A DNA stretch of 64,000 nucleotides from Octopus sinensis. Taxonomy: Eukaryota. Under the pieces are notes generated by a model. It saw only the letters and a list, made by a program, of their open reading frames with translations, was not told where the DNA came from and made no database searches. Below, one piece after another: positions 1 through 10,391 of the stretch (position 1 is the stretch's first letter; each line of letters starts with the position of its first letter). The position numbers and the translations under genes are program-made. Location of the stretch: assembly GCF_006345805.1 (NCBI RefSeq), contig NC_042997.1:53382001-53446000 (forward strand), given 5' to 3'.

Positions 1-276
1 AAGTATGCATCTATGCATTTTGTATATTCATGTGTCTATGTGTGTGTGCATGTATATATGTGTACTTCCTTTGTGGGCGTCCTTGAATGTGTCTATGTAT
101 AGGAGTTTGCGTGTGTATGCATGTGTGCCTATACATGACTGTGTATGCATGTGTGGAGTGTGTGTGTGTGTGTTTCTGTCTCCTTGTATATGTGTGTGCT
201 TTTGTATATGTCTGTATGTGCATGTATTAGTACTACATATGTACCTACCGATTTATCTACCTATCTTAATTTGTTG
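1..276. repeat. Degenerate (TG)n/(TA)n microsatellite
   Basis: Alternating tgtg/tatg runs; the overlapping ORFs are low-complexity CVCV/HTHT translations. Confidence 0.9.
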
Positions 277-423
277 ACTTTGTTTATTTTTCTATGAATA
301 TCATACTGTTTGAGATGGTCGAACATATGCCTTCTTCAAAAACTAACAAAAATATCAATCTTGAATGAATAAATCAATCTTTTAATCAGTAAACTTTTGA
401 TAGCAGAGAAAATGTCTATGGCA

Positions 424-545
424 TTTAATTCAGTCCTCTTATGCTCTGAGTTCAAAATCACCAGGGGATCAACTTTGCCTTTCAATCTTTCAGGGTTGAT
501 AAAATGAAGTACCAGTCAGTCACTGGGGTCACTTTTATAGATTGG
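424..545 (+). mobile_element. SINE family A fragment (tRNA-derived head, Deu/Nin-like domain)
   Basis: ctgagttcaaa...actttgcctttcaatctttcagggttgataaaatgaagtaccag matches the fuller copy at 30987-31217. Confidence 0.8.
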
Positions 546-799
546 TACCATTGTTTTCTGAGCTCCTTCATGCAAGTGCCTACAGCTGAGAATCTTCAGA
601 AAATCTTTTCAATGCTGTTTGTATTTGAAAGGTGGGTGAAACTCCAATGGCAATGTATTCCTCTGAGGAACAACAACCAGCATTATGACTAACTTTGAAA
701 GACCAGCCTATAACAACAGGCTAATGTCACACACATCCTTGAATTAGTGAGATATGTGGGGTAATGTTTGTTGCAAGTGCAATGAGTTGTCGACAATGA

Positions 800-1050
800 T
801 GATCAACAAACTTTTCCTATTTTCATGTTTTTGACAACAAGCCCACGTGAGACTATTTTTACCTTTATGATACAAACATCCCATTTTGAAGTGATATAAA
901 TTAAAATCTTCCATAAAAATTTTATACTAATTTATGTTCCAAACATCAGCTTATTAATGGCAGAGTTATTTTACTAAATTCTATATTTTTTTGACAATTA
1001 ATTGAAATGATGATTGTTGATTAAGAAAAATATGGCAACAAATAGGTTAA
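800..1050. mobile_element. Decayed TTAA-ended MITE-like repeat
   Basis: Ends in ggttaa; the internal block taatttatgttccaaacatcagc...ttttactaaattc recurs at ~4640-4765. Confidence 0.4.
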
Positions 1051-2747
1051 AGAACTTGGTACTTCACTATTTTTATTTAAAACTGAACATTAAAAAAATG
1101 CTTCTGCAAATTTAAATAGGCCCAGAATGTTTACTTTATAAATTTGAGAAATTAATTATGGCTAATATAACTGATATAAAAGAAGTTATACAAGGTTTAG
1201 TGTATTGTTTTTTGAAAAAGCTAAAGTCTTTTTCACATTAACCCATTTCGTATATCAATCTTCTTGAGATTACTTCTGGTTTCATTATCTAGAATCTCTC
1301 TAATATATAAAAGTATTTCATGAATTCTTTCCACGTTATTTACAAAATGAATTGAAACCAACAGCTTATTTTATGACAAATTTAGTTACAGGAGTCAAAT
1401 ATGCTATAATTAAAAATATTTCTCTGTAAGTTACACCAGGAAAAAAAAAATTTAATCCATAAAGATTTCCTTCTTGAAATATTTGTTGCTCAAGATGCAG
1501 GATATTTTCAAGGAGAAAATCATTACTATTTTGTACATATGGCTATTAATTTGTATGAGATTTAACAAAAGTCTTGGTTCTCTCATAATTTATACAAAAG
1601 TAAGAAATATCTGTTTGACACTATATTTAGCTAGACAGTTCCTTTTGATCTTAGCAACAGTTTTCTGTTATCGTAACCTACATTACATGGACATATGGAA
1701 CAACAGTTTTTCATATTAAAATTAATGTAAAAGGTTTCAGCTTCCTTTGTGTTATTTCCCAAATGATGGACTTTGCCCATCACAATCTCAGTTATAGTAG
1801 AAACCAGTCTGCTTAGTATTAGATATTTGGTGGAAGTATGTGCATGAATAGAAAAGGAATTTTAGGAAAATAGGTTTCATGAAAATAGTCTGAAAAAAAT
1901 TTCTATTAGCACAATCTAAATTTTCTGACAAAATGTATGTTGAAAGTGTGAACAATACAGAAAGCTATTTCTTTCAACCACTAAAGCTAAGATAAAATGA
2001 TATAGATTTTAAGCTATATAGGTTAACATTTATTTGCCATGGCCACTAGGTACATAAAAGTGCCTGCCCTTTCTGGTGAAGAGAAGGTAGAGAGCAATCT
2101 TCATGATGGATTCAGTTGTTAGCCTGATCGGTCACACATGACACAAACCCACAGGTCAGCAATGCTCGGACATGCAGGGCAGTTTCTTTGTCCTGCGTGC
2201 ATCTTGAACATGCTTGGCTGAAAACACTTCAGTGCCTGTAGAGTTTATCTTGAACAGCCTCAAAGAACTTTACTCTTTGAAAAGAGGTCTTGGTGGCACT
2301 AACGAAAGAGAGATTGGTGTTTTTAATTACAATTGTGCTGGTTTATTCACCATGTCTTTCGTCGTCGTTGTTGGTGGTTGTGGCGCTGTTTTTATTGCTT
2401 CTTTCTGTGTTCAACATAGTCTTCGATGTGTTGATATTCTTTATCAAATCACACACAAAAGACTTTGGAATGTCTACATTTTGTTTATTGTCAGCGTTGT
2501 TTTTGTTTCCACACTATTTCTCGTCTGTTCTATTTAAAAATGAGTGTTTTGTTGTTGACAGAATGGGTTTCCAAGAGTTCTTTCCTGAAATATTCCGCCT
2601 TGTCAACAATTTCAACTTCAGTCCAGTTAAAAACAGATTAGTCATCTAGTTTTTCAAATTGGAAGACTGAACGAGCCGCTCCCCCTCCCTCTTTTATTAC
2701 ACTCTGCTGATGCTTCTCACTTTCTACCACTCTCTCACATATGAGTG

Positions 2748-2775
2748 TCACTGTATCCAGAGAATTTTTCTCAAT
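2748..2775 (-). CDS. Candidate terminal coding exon of an unidentified minus-strand transcript
   Basis: Very strong acceptor tttttttcgttttcttccatag| at 2775; the phase-2 join from exon 3174-3055 gives KLRKILWIQ-stop. Coding status uncertain. Confidence 0.25.
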
Positions 2776-3054
2776 CTATGGAAGAAAACGAAAAAAATTT
2801 TTACGATGCAAACAAAATTAAATAGAGATGTCCCTTGAGACTGTGGGGAAATACATGAAAAGAAAGTCACCAGTTGACAGCAGCCAACTTTTATCCATGA
2901 TTGTACAAATCCCAGAAATGTATACAAGAGCTTTCGGTGGTTTTGTTTACAAAATCCACTGAGCGAGGTCAAGCGTGGCTTGCCAAATTGATGGCCATGA
3001 ATAATAATAGGATTTTGAGATGGATACTTGGGTGTTGAGTATCTTCCAACATAC

Positions 3055-3174
3055 TTAACATCTCTGTACCAAGTCTTATAGTTCGTGGAAAGAGACCTTG
3101 AGAGACCCTGTGAGACCTTTGACAATGGGTTGCTGTCTGCTTTTACAGAATTAATCAGAGCAAGATTGAAAGCT
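3055..3174 (-). CDS. Candidate 120-nt internal exon, AFNLALINSVKADSNPLSKVSQGLSRSLSTNYKTWYRDV
   Basis: Acceptor ttttatttcacag|, donor AA|gtatgt, phase 2-2 frame open while the other two frames stop early; no family recognised. Confidence 0.35.
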
Positions 3175-3191
3175 CTGTGAAATAAAATAGT

Positions 3192-3330
3192 AATAATCCT
3201 TACTACTATAGGCAGAAAACCCGAAATTTGGGGGAGATGATTAGTCAGTTACACTGACATCAGTGATTCACTGGTACTTAATTTATCGACCACAAAAGGA
3301 TGAAAGGCAAAGTTGACCTCGATGGAAATA
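3192..3330 (-). mobile_element. SINE family A fragment
   Basis: ctggtacttaatttatcgaccacaaaaggatgaaaggcaaagttgacctc is the reverse complement of the family A domain. Confidence 0.75.
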
Positions 3331-3732
3331 CAATAATAATAATAATAACAAAATTGTGCCCATGCTAGTAGGGTACCAAGTGTGAGCTGAACAGAAAAGA
3401 TCCCAAAATTGATCTCCAACCACTACTGGAAAAAAAATAGTTAATACTGATCACATATGAAAAAGATAAAAAGTATCATCAGTTTTAATAAGACGTTTTG
3501 ATCAGATTGCAAACTAAAAATAAAGACATTTAATGATAAATTCATTTAACTTCATTACTGTTATATTCTTAATGTTAATATTTTTATTTTGTAGAATATT
3601 CAATAACATTTTGTTATTTTGTCCCAGCTTTTCAATCTACTGTATTTATCTGGAAACCCAAGGGTCTCAAATTGACAAATGCCAGACACCTCATCATCAA
3701 TTAATGAGAAATTTTTTCTTCTCACATCTTAA

Positions 3733-4537
3733 GGTAGACCCAGGAAGACCTGGGATGAAGTGGTGAAGCACGACCTTCAAACTTTAGGCCTCACCAAGGA
3801 AATGACTAGTGACCGAGACCTTTGGAAATATGCCGTGTGTGAGAAGACCCGGCAAGCCAAATGAAACCATAATCTCATGGCCTATGCCAGGGGCGTAACC
3901 AGCCCACTTATGCATACCTTTTCTTTCTTTGGACACTAAAACTCTGCTTGCGAAGACTTGTTGAGGCAAGTGAAATCAAATAAATCAATCAAAATCAAAT
4001 TCGATGACTGGCGTCCATGCTAGCAGGGTGCAAAGAGCACCATACGAGCATGATCATTGACAGAGTGGCTAACCGGCTCCATGCCAGTGGCACTTAAAGG
4101 GCACCATTTGAGCGTGATCGTTACCAGCGTCGCCTTACTGGCACTTGTGCCCGTGCTAGTAGGGTACCAAGAGCACCATCCGAGCATGATCGTTGCCAGA
4201 GCAGCCAACTGGCTTCCGTGCCAGTGGCACGTAAAAGGGCACCATTCGAGCATGATCGTTACCAACGTCACCTTACTGGCACCTGTGCTGGTGGCATGTG
4301 TAAAAGGATTCGAGCAAGGTCGTTGCCAGTACTGCCTGACTGGCTCCCGTGCCGGTGGCACATAAAAAGCACCCACTGCACTCTTGGAGTGGTTGGCGTT
4401 AGGAAGGGCATCCAGCTGTAGAAACTCTGCCAAATCAAGATTGGAGCCTGGTGCAGCCATCTGGTTTGCCAGCCCTCAGGCAAAATCGTCCAACCCATGC
4501 TAGCATGGAAAACGGACGTTAAACGACAATGATGATT
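3733..4537 (+). mobile_element. 5'-truncated RTE-clade LINE: ORF2 end, 3' UTR tandem array and (GAT)n-type tail
   Basis: Begins at the GRPRKTW-like region (gtagacccaggaagacctgg); ~65-70-bp repeats at 4020-4370; tail ...aacccatgctagcatggaaaacggacgttaaacga. Confidence 0.85.
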
Positions 4538-4589
4538 ATCATTATTAATGAGAAGACAAAATACAGTCTACATTCGAAATGCAGTTTAC

Positions 4590-4664
4590 TTGTCTTTCCT
4601 CTCCATAGTGTTGAGCGAGTTTAAAACCATCTTAGTTTCATTAACTGTTTTGATACCAGTCCAC
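4590..4664 (-). CDS. Candidate exon WTGIKTVNETKMVLNSLNTMERKD
   Basis: cag|GTGG acceptor, AA|gtaaac donor, phase-compatible with 3174-3055. Its 5' part and acceptor lie inside a MITE-like repeat, which weakens the call. Confidence 0.2.
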
Positions 4665-5254
4665 CTGTTTAAGGTAGTTTGAAATAAAACCTTCAACCAT
4701 TATTCCATGTTAATTTATGGTGCAAACACCAGTTGAATTAAAAGAAAGTAATTTTACTAAATTCAGGACAAAAATCAAGTTAAACAACAGAGCAATTGGT
4801 TTCAAACAATTGTATTTTGCTATGCTAACCAATATGCAATAATGTACATTTGCCTAGTGGTTCTTTCATCACAACTTTGACAACATGGTGAGGTCTGCCT
4901 TACTGACAAGACCATAATTAGACTGGAACATGTACAAAGTTATCTCCTAGACTTGCTAAGACAATGAACATAATATTAGTCATTGACTAATTTCAGCCTT
5001 TCCTCTCTTGATAAATATTTCTATTTAGTACTTTAATGCTCACATTATTCAACATGTGAATACTAATTCACCAATATTCATTGCATTAAACATGCAAACT
5101 AACTCAGTTATAATACTTAATTTTGAATATTTTTTTCTATACTCTGCCTATTCTAGTGACTCATTAGATTTTGATAAGTTTACAATAACTATCAATGAAA
5201 ATTTTGGTTATTCATTCATTTTTGTATAAAATAATTAGATCTCAGTATATTTAC

Positions 5255-5326
5255 CCAGCTTTCATTTAGTTGGGTGTTCCAATACACAGTTGTCACTGCC
5301 CAACCCTTCTTCTCCCCCATGCCACA
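5255..5326 (-). other. Candidate upstream exon (5' UTR/start)
   Basis: tttcttcag| acceptor and GG|gtaaat donor; ends in TAA ATG AAA GCT GG, in phase with the 4664 exon. Confidence 0.2.
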
Positions 5327-6279
5327 CTGAAGAAACTTAGATGAAGAGTTTAAGTGGTCTACACAAGGCACAGATGAACATCAGAAATGGTACCAAGAGG
5401 CTGACAGCGTTTGGTCATTGTGACTCTTTAAAACACGACTGATTAAATATTTATAACTTTGCTCAACGAAAATATGTATTAAAAAAACGTTACTTCTTTG
5501 CAGGATGAAAGGACAAAAGTTACAATTCCCTCAACGCTCTATAGCTATGTTAAATATTTAATGTACCATAAATGAATGAGTTTATTAGAGACGTTTAAAC
5601 ACAGAGGACGAAAGAAACATTGCAGAAGATACGAGTATTCATCAACAATTACAGTAATGAATGAATAATTATATAAAACAATAAAAAAAAATTATCTCAT
5701 TAGCCAAATACAACTTAGAACAGTTTGTTTATTCAAGAATTTTTAATAATTCATGTTTAAGATGTTATTTCCGATAATTTAATGGGGATAACTGTCAAAC
5801 AATATAAAACAAGAAAAATAATGAAGCAAGTTAAAAAACACTGACTTAAGACAACTATTAGATCCCATACCATTCAAATTTGGTCAGTGTGGGTGAGGGT
5901 TGGGGGAAATCCCTCCCAAATGAATATAACCAACCTCTATCACACAGACGTAGTTTCCTCATTCTACAGCTAACACACTTGTCTACTCCGGGCTGGATCG
6001 CATACCACTTCTACCCGGGTTCTCCCGAGTTTCCTCCTCCCGTCAATAATATATCCACCTCCACCCAGACCTTGCACCAACCATTCCTTCGTTCCCATAA
6101 CACCGTTCCGCTGGAGTTCTCCATCTTTTCCCTGCAGCTGTCAATGAAAACCATGGGCACAACCTCACCTTCAATAGACCAAATTAATTTCTTATTTTAT
6201 ATAAAAAGCAGGGAATGACAATGAAGTTGAATTTGGCACTAAGCAGCGGTATGAAGACTGTCAACTATAACAATGTGGA

Positions 6280-6490
6280 TTTCAAATTTTGGCACAAGGC
6301 CAGCAAGTTCAGGAGAGGGGTTGAGTCAATTACATCGACTCCAGTATTCAATTGGTTCTGATTTTATCGACCCTGAAAGGATGGAAGGTAAAGTTGACCC
6401 CGGCGGAATTTGAATTCAGAACGTAATGACGGACGAAATGATGCTAAGCCTTTTGCCCAGCGTGCTAATGATTCTGTTAGATCGCCGCTT
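6280..6490 (-). mobile_element. SINE family A
   Basis: Near-complete reverse copy, CpGs largely retained. Confidence 0.8.
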
Positions 6491-6626
6491 TTATCAGGTA
6501 TAAATTAATATTGTGCCTCAGGCAAAAAATAAAATGAAGTCAGATAAAGACAAAGAAAAAAGTTCATTACACATTTCACGTGTTGTCAAACCCAAATCAG
6601 TCAAGAATAAGTAGATCTATGAGCGA

Positions 6627-6720
6627 AGGTAAACAGTATGCACACGACCCGTTTAGGGTTACGTTTAAGGTTGGGGTTTAGAGTTACGCCGAAAACGGGT
6701 GGTGTGCGTATTTTTTACCT
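6627..6720. repeat. Short inverted repeat around a degenerate TTAGGG-like loop
   Basis: tatgcacacgacccgttt (6637-6654) pairs with aaacgggtggtgtgcgta (6693-6710); loop agggttacgtttaaggttggggtttagagttacgccg. Confidence 0.75.
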
Positions 6721-7179
6721 CCGCCAATCTATGATCAGTGACATCCTAACTGTGACTATCCTGTTTTATTTTTTAGACATAGTGTACCCAAGATCACATT
6801 ATCCGATGTGTCCTTTCTTTGTTGTTTGAGATGATTTGGCTGTTATTTCGCGCATTGAAACCTTGGGCAAGGATGAAATATCTTGAGTGCATAATGGTAC
6901 TGTGCTGCATATTGGATAAGAGTGCAAATTCTCCTATATTATCAGTCAGCGGAGCAAGAAAAACACAGTCGGCGAGGGGTGGCTGGGTGGAATGAACACG
7001 TCAGGAGCTCCGAGATTACTTGAGTAATTGAAATTTTCTCGCACACCATGTTAAGTATGTTAACTTTTACGTTATTAACTTGGTGATCTGCAATAATGAG
7101 ATCGAATCCTATTACATGTGAATATCACACTATTTTATTAAATTTCATTTATATTCAACTAATAAATTAATAATAATAA

Positions 7180-7675
7180 TTGTTTCAAATTTTGGCGCAA
7201 AGCCAGCAATTTTCGGAGAGGGTTAGTCGGTTACGCCACCCTAGTAACTGAAGGGATAAAAGACAAGGTTGACTTCGTGAGAAGTTGAACTCAGAACGTT
7301 AGGTGTCGGAAGAAATACCGATAAGCATTTTGTCCGACGCGCTGACTAATGTTCCAGACTTAAGACCGGCAATTTTGTGAAGAGGGGGAGGTCGATTTCA
7401 TCGACCCCAGAGCTCAACTGGTACTTATTTGATCGACTCCGAAAGGAAACAAGCCAAAGTCGATTTCGGGTTCAATAATAATAATGTCTTCTACTGAAGG
7501 TGTAAGGCCTGCAATTTTGAGGGAGGAGGCCCAGTTGATTACATCGATCCCAGTGTTCAACTAATACATATTTTATCGACCCTGAAAGGGTGAAAGGTGA
7601 AGTTGACTTCGGCGGAATTTGAACTCAGAACGTTAAGACGAACAAAATGCCGCTAAGCCTTCTACCCGGCGTACT
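7180..7675 (-). mobile_element. Cluster of three SINE family A copies or fragments
   Basis: The motif actggtacttattt..atcgac.c..aaagg...aaagtcgac occurs three times in the same orientation. Confidence 0.75.
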
Positions 7676-8049
7676 ACCTATGTAGTACTTCATACACAGA
7701 TCCACAAACATAAAGTGTTCTGAATAGAACAAGTCAAGATTATTTTAAGTATTTCCCCAATTATTAAATAATTGTTAAGGAAATTCACAGACATACACAC
7801 AAAGAAACTAATTAAAAACAGTAAAAGTGGAATAATTTCTCGTTCTTTTGCTCTTTTTCTTTCGTTAAAAGTTGGTCGACAGTTGAGTTACTGAATAAAA
7901 AGTTTTCTCTCGATCTCGTAAATTTATGTAAAGAAAGTTAATTTTTACAAGAAATGTTTACAGACCTTAAATGTTGAGCCTCCTGTTACCAAAATGACTG
8001 TTCACTTTAGAAATTTGAAGCATTTGAAGATTTCAACAAAAAATAGATT

Positions 8050-8600
8050 AAAGTTTCCTGTAAGACAGTCTTAATTCTCGACAGAAAAAAATGTAATATC
8101 TTCTACTGGCGACCGGCTGTTAAAAAAATATCCCTCACATCTTTATTCTCTCTTATATGAATACTCGTAATATAAAATGCGTTGCGTTCCTTTTCCTTAT
8201 CAAAATGTAAACATATATATATATATACTGTCCAGACGAAATTTATAAAGTGCGAACAGAAACTTATCTGTTAGTAGCAGCAGCAACAGTTGCTGTCAAG
8301 TTTCGTGTGTCAAATAAGTAGGTGTGATGGAGAATCCTGCCCCCACCCATCACTCAAAGTTCTTCGCCTCAACTTTTCTCTCAACTTCCCTAGTTTCCTT
8401 TTCTTCACACGTGACTCCTGTAACGTAACAACAACGACTAACAGCCTAATTCGATGATATTTTCCCGCAAGTTGCTACTGACAAATTGAAATCAAACAAT
8501 GGGATTATAAAACAAGTTTCACGAAACAAGGTTTCCCTTTCCCACAAACTTTTACCATACGAGGCAACGGGGGAAGAACTACTAACAGGGTCGCTTGATC
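8050..8600. promoter_or_regulatory. Possible promoter region (perhaps of the minus-strand transcript)
   Basis: Unique, CpG-retaining sequence with a GTCACGTG E-box on the minus strand near 8406-8414; inference only. Confidence 0.25.
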
Positions 8601-8792
8601 TGCCAGAAATAGCAGGCAGTTTCTTTTATGTCATATACCCTGCTTTATTCAAATAAAAGGGACCTGTTAGATGTCTTAAAATATACTCTGAAAATGTAGC
8701 AGTATGTTCACAGAGTGATGTCTTTAACTACATGTCTGTCTGTTTGATGAAAACTGACCTTGGGCTAAGCATGCTTAATAATAGTAATTGTT

Positions 8793-8948
8793 ATATATAT
8801 ATATATATATATATATGCATGCATATATACATATAGATGTAGGTATGTACATGTATGTATGTATGCATATGTTTTATTTATTAAATTGTTATTATATACA
8901 TACATATATATATATTTGCCTAATAGTGGTTTTATCTCTAATTTAATT

Positions 8949-8979
<31 letters not shown>

Positions 8980-9022
8980 TATATATATATCTCCATATAT
9001 ATATATATATATATATATATCT

Positions 9023-9060
<38 letters not shown>

Positions 9061-9102
9061 ATATATATATATGTATGTATGCATGTATATATATATGTAT
9101 GC

Positions 9103-9158
<56 letters not shown>

Positions 9159-9183
9159 GCATACATATATATATATATACATG

Positions 9184-9223
<40 letters not shown>

Positions 9224-9310
9224 ATACATGCATACATACATATATATATATGGATATATATATATATATATATATATATAAATTAAATTAGAGATAAAAC
9301 CACTATTAAG

Positions 9311-9372
<62 letters not shown>

Positions 9373-9452
9373 ATAACAATTTAATAAATAAAACATATGC
9401 ATACATACATACATATATGTACATACCTACATCTATATGTACATATACATGC
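8793..9452. repeat. ~640-bp quasi-palindrome built around (TA)n
   Basis: Unique block 8815-8950 is mirrored at 9280-9452; interruptions inside the TA tract are also mirrored about ~9130. Confidence 0.9.
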
Positions 9453-9516
9453 AAATATGAGTACAGGGCACCACAAATAAATGTAGAACACAACGAGAAA
9501 CGAAAACATAAAATCA

Positions 9517-9543
<27 letters not shown>

Positions 9544-9553
<10 letters not shown>

Positions 9554-9886
9554 TAAATTAGAGATAAAACGACTATTAGGCAAATCATACAATGAAAAAT
9601 TTAAGCCAATACATAAGATTATTTAATTTATATTATTTAAATATATAACAAAATTATTAAAATATAATTAATATAACACTACGATCGTTTCATGGCTGTT
9701 AATTTCTTTAAATTTTCGAGTTACAGTCATTCATCAGGTGGTTTAAATATTTAACTTGGCGAGGTTTAATAATTTTGTTATATATTTAAATAATATAAAT
9801 TAAATAATCTTATGTATTGGCTTAAGTTTTTCATTGTATGATTTGCCTAATAGTGGTTTTGTCTCTAATTTAATATAATATAATAT
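9544..9886. mobile_element. Hairpin element with ~118-bp arms, probably a non-autonomous Penelope-like derivative
   Basis: 9544-9661 is the near-exact reverse complement of 9765-9886; the 103-nt loop carries a hammerhead motif. Confidence 0.7.
9674..9743 (-). ncRNA. Minimal type I hammerhead ribozyme motif
   Basis: Minus strand ACCAC CUGAUGA AUGACUGU..(23 nt)..ACAGCCAU GAAA CGAUCG UA GUG: intact core, 8-bp stem II with one mismatch, palindromic stem III, GUA cleavage triplet, 3-bp stem I. Confidence 0.7.
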
Positions 9887-9957
9887 TTTACTATAAAATT
9901 GGATTCAATCCTAAATCTGATTTTTCCCTGTAAGTTTGGATTTATTCCCTAATATTT

Positions 9958-10030
<73 letters not shown>

Positions 10031-10049
10031 GTGTGTGTGTGTGTGTATA

Positions 10050-10274
10050 CAGGGCTGGCCAAAAGTCACCCGACAATAAATTCCATAAACACTATCTGTA
10101 ATTCTGTATTGATTCGAATGGGAAAATGTGTCGCTCTAGCACTTCAATTTGAACAATTTTCATGATGTTTCGTATTCAGATGCTTTTATTAAATTTATTC
10201 AGTTGCTTAATACAAATAAATCTTGGAATTAAATGAGTTTTGATTTACTGTCAGGTGACTTTTGGTCAACCCTG
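10050..10274. mobile_element. Tc1/mariner-type MITE, 225 bp
   Basis: 21-bp imperfect TIRs CAGGGCTGGCCAAAAGTCACC / GGTGACTTTTGGTCAACCCTG with TA on both sides. Confidence 0.85.
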
Positions 10275-10391
10275 TATATGTCAGGAAGTATGAGAGGTGA
10301 ATATAGATTTAGCTGTGATAACAGCTCTGAATCCACATCTTATACAACTCATAATATATATATATCACTAATTGTTTTTTTGTGGTGGGGG

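Noticed and set aside
2119-2211. Minus-strand peptide CPACPSIADLWVCVMCDRSG resembling a ZnF-UBP start
   Set aside because: It stops right after the second cysteine pair, the later His/Cys ligands are absent, and no donor continues it.
2550-2775. Minus-strand frame with FNWTEVEIVDK resembling a Penelope GIY-YIG C-terminus
   Set aside because: Only one short motif matches, the frame has stops, and no YIG motif or RT lies next to it.
5880-6218. GC-richer ORF-bearing block
   Set aside because: No convincing motif in any frame; possibly an old TE fragment, left unannotated.
6651-6690. Interstitial telomere
   Set aside because: Only a few highly degenerate TTAGGG-like units are present, enclosed in a hairpin repeat.
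7950-7995. Minus-strand VILVTGGSTF resembling an actin or Rossmann motif
   Set aside because: An in-frame stop precedes it and the splice sites are weak; likely chance.
8859-9291. Many long YIYI/CVCV/HTHT ORFs in the ORF track (also 32957-33856, 37754-38219 and others)
   Set aside because: They are translations of (TA)n, (TG)n and (CA)n microsatellites, which lack stop codons in several frames.
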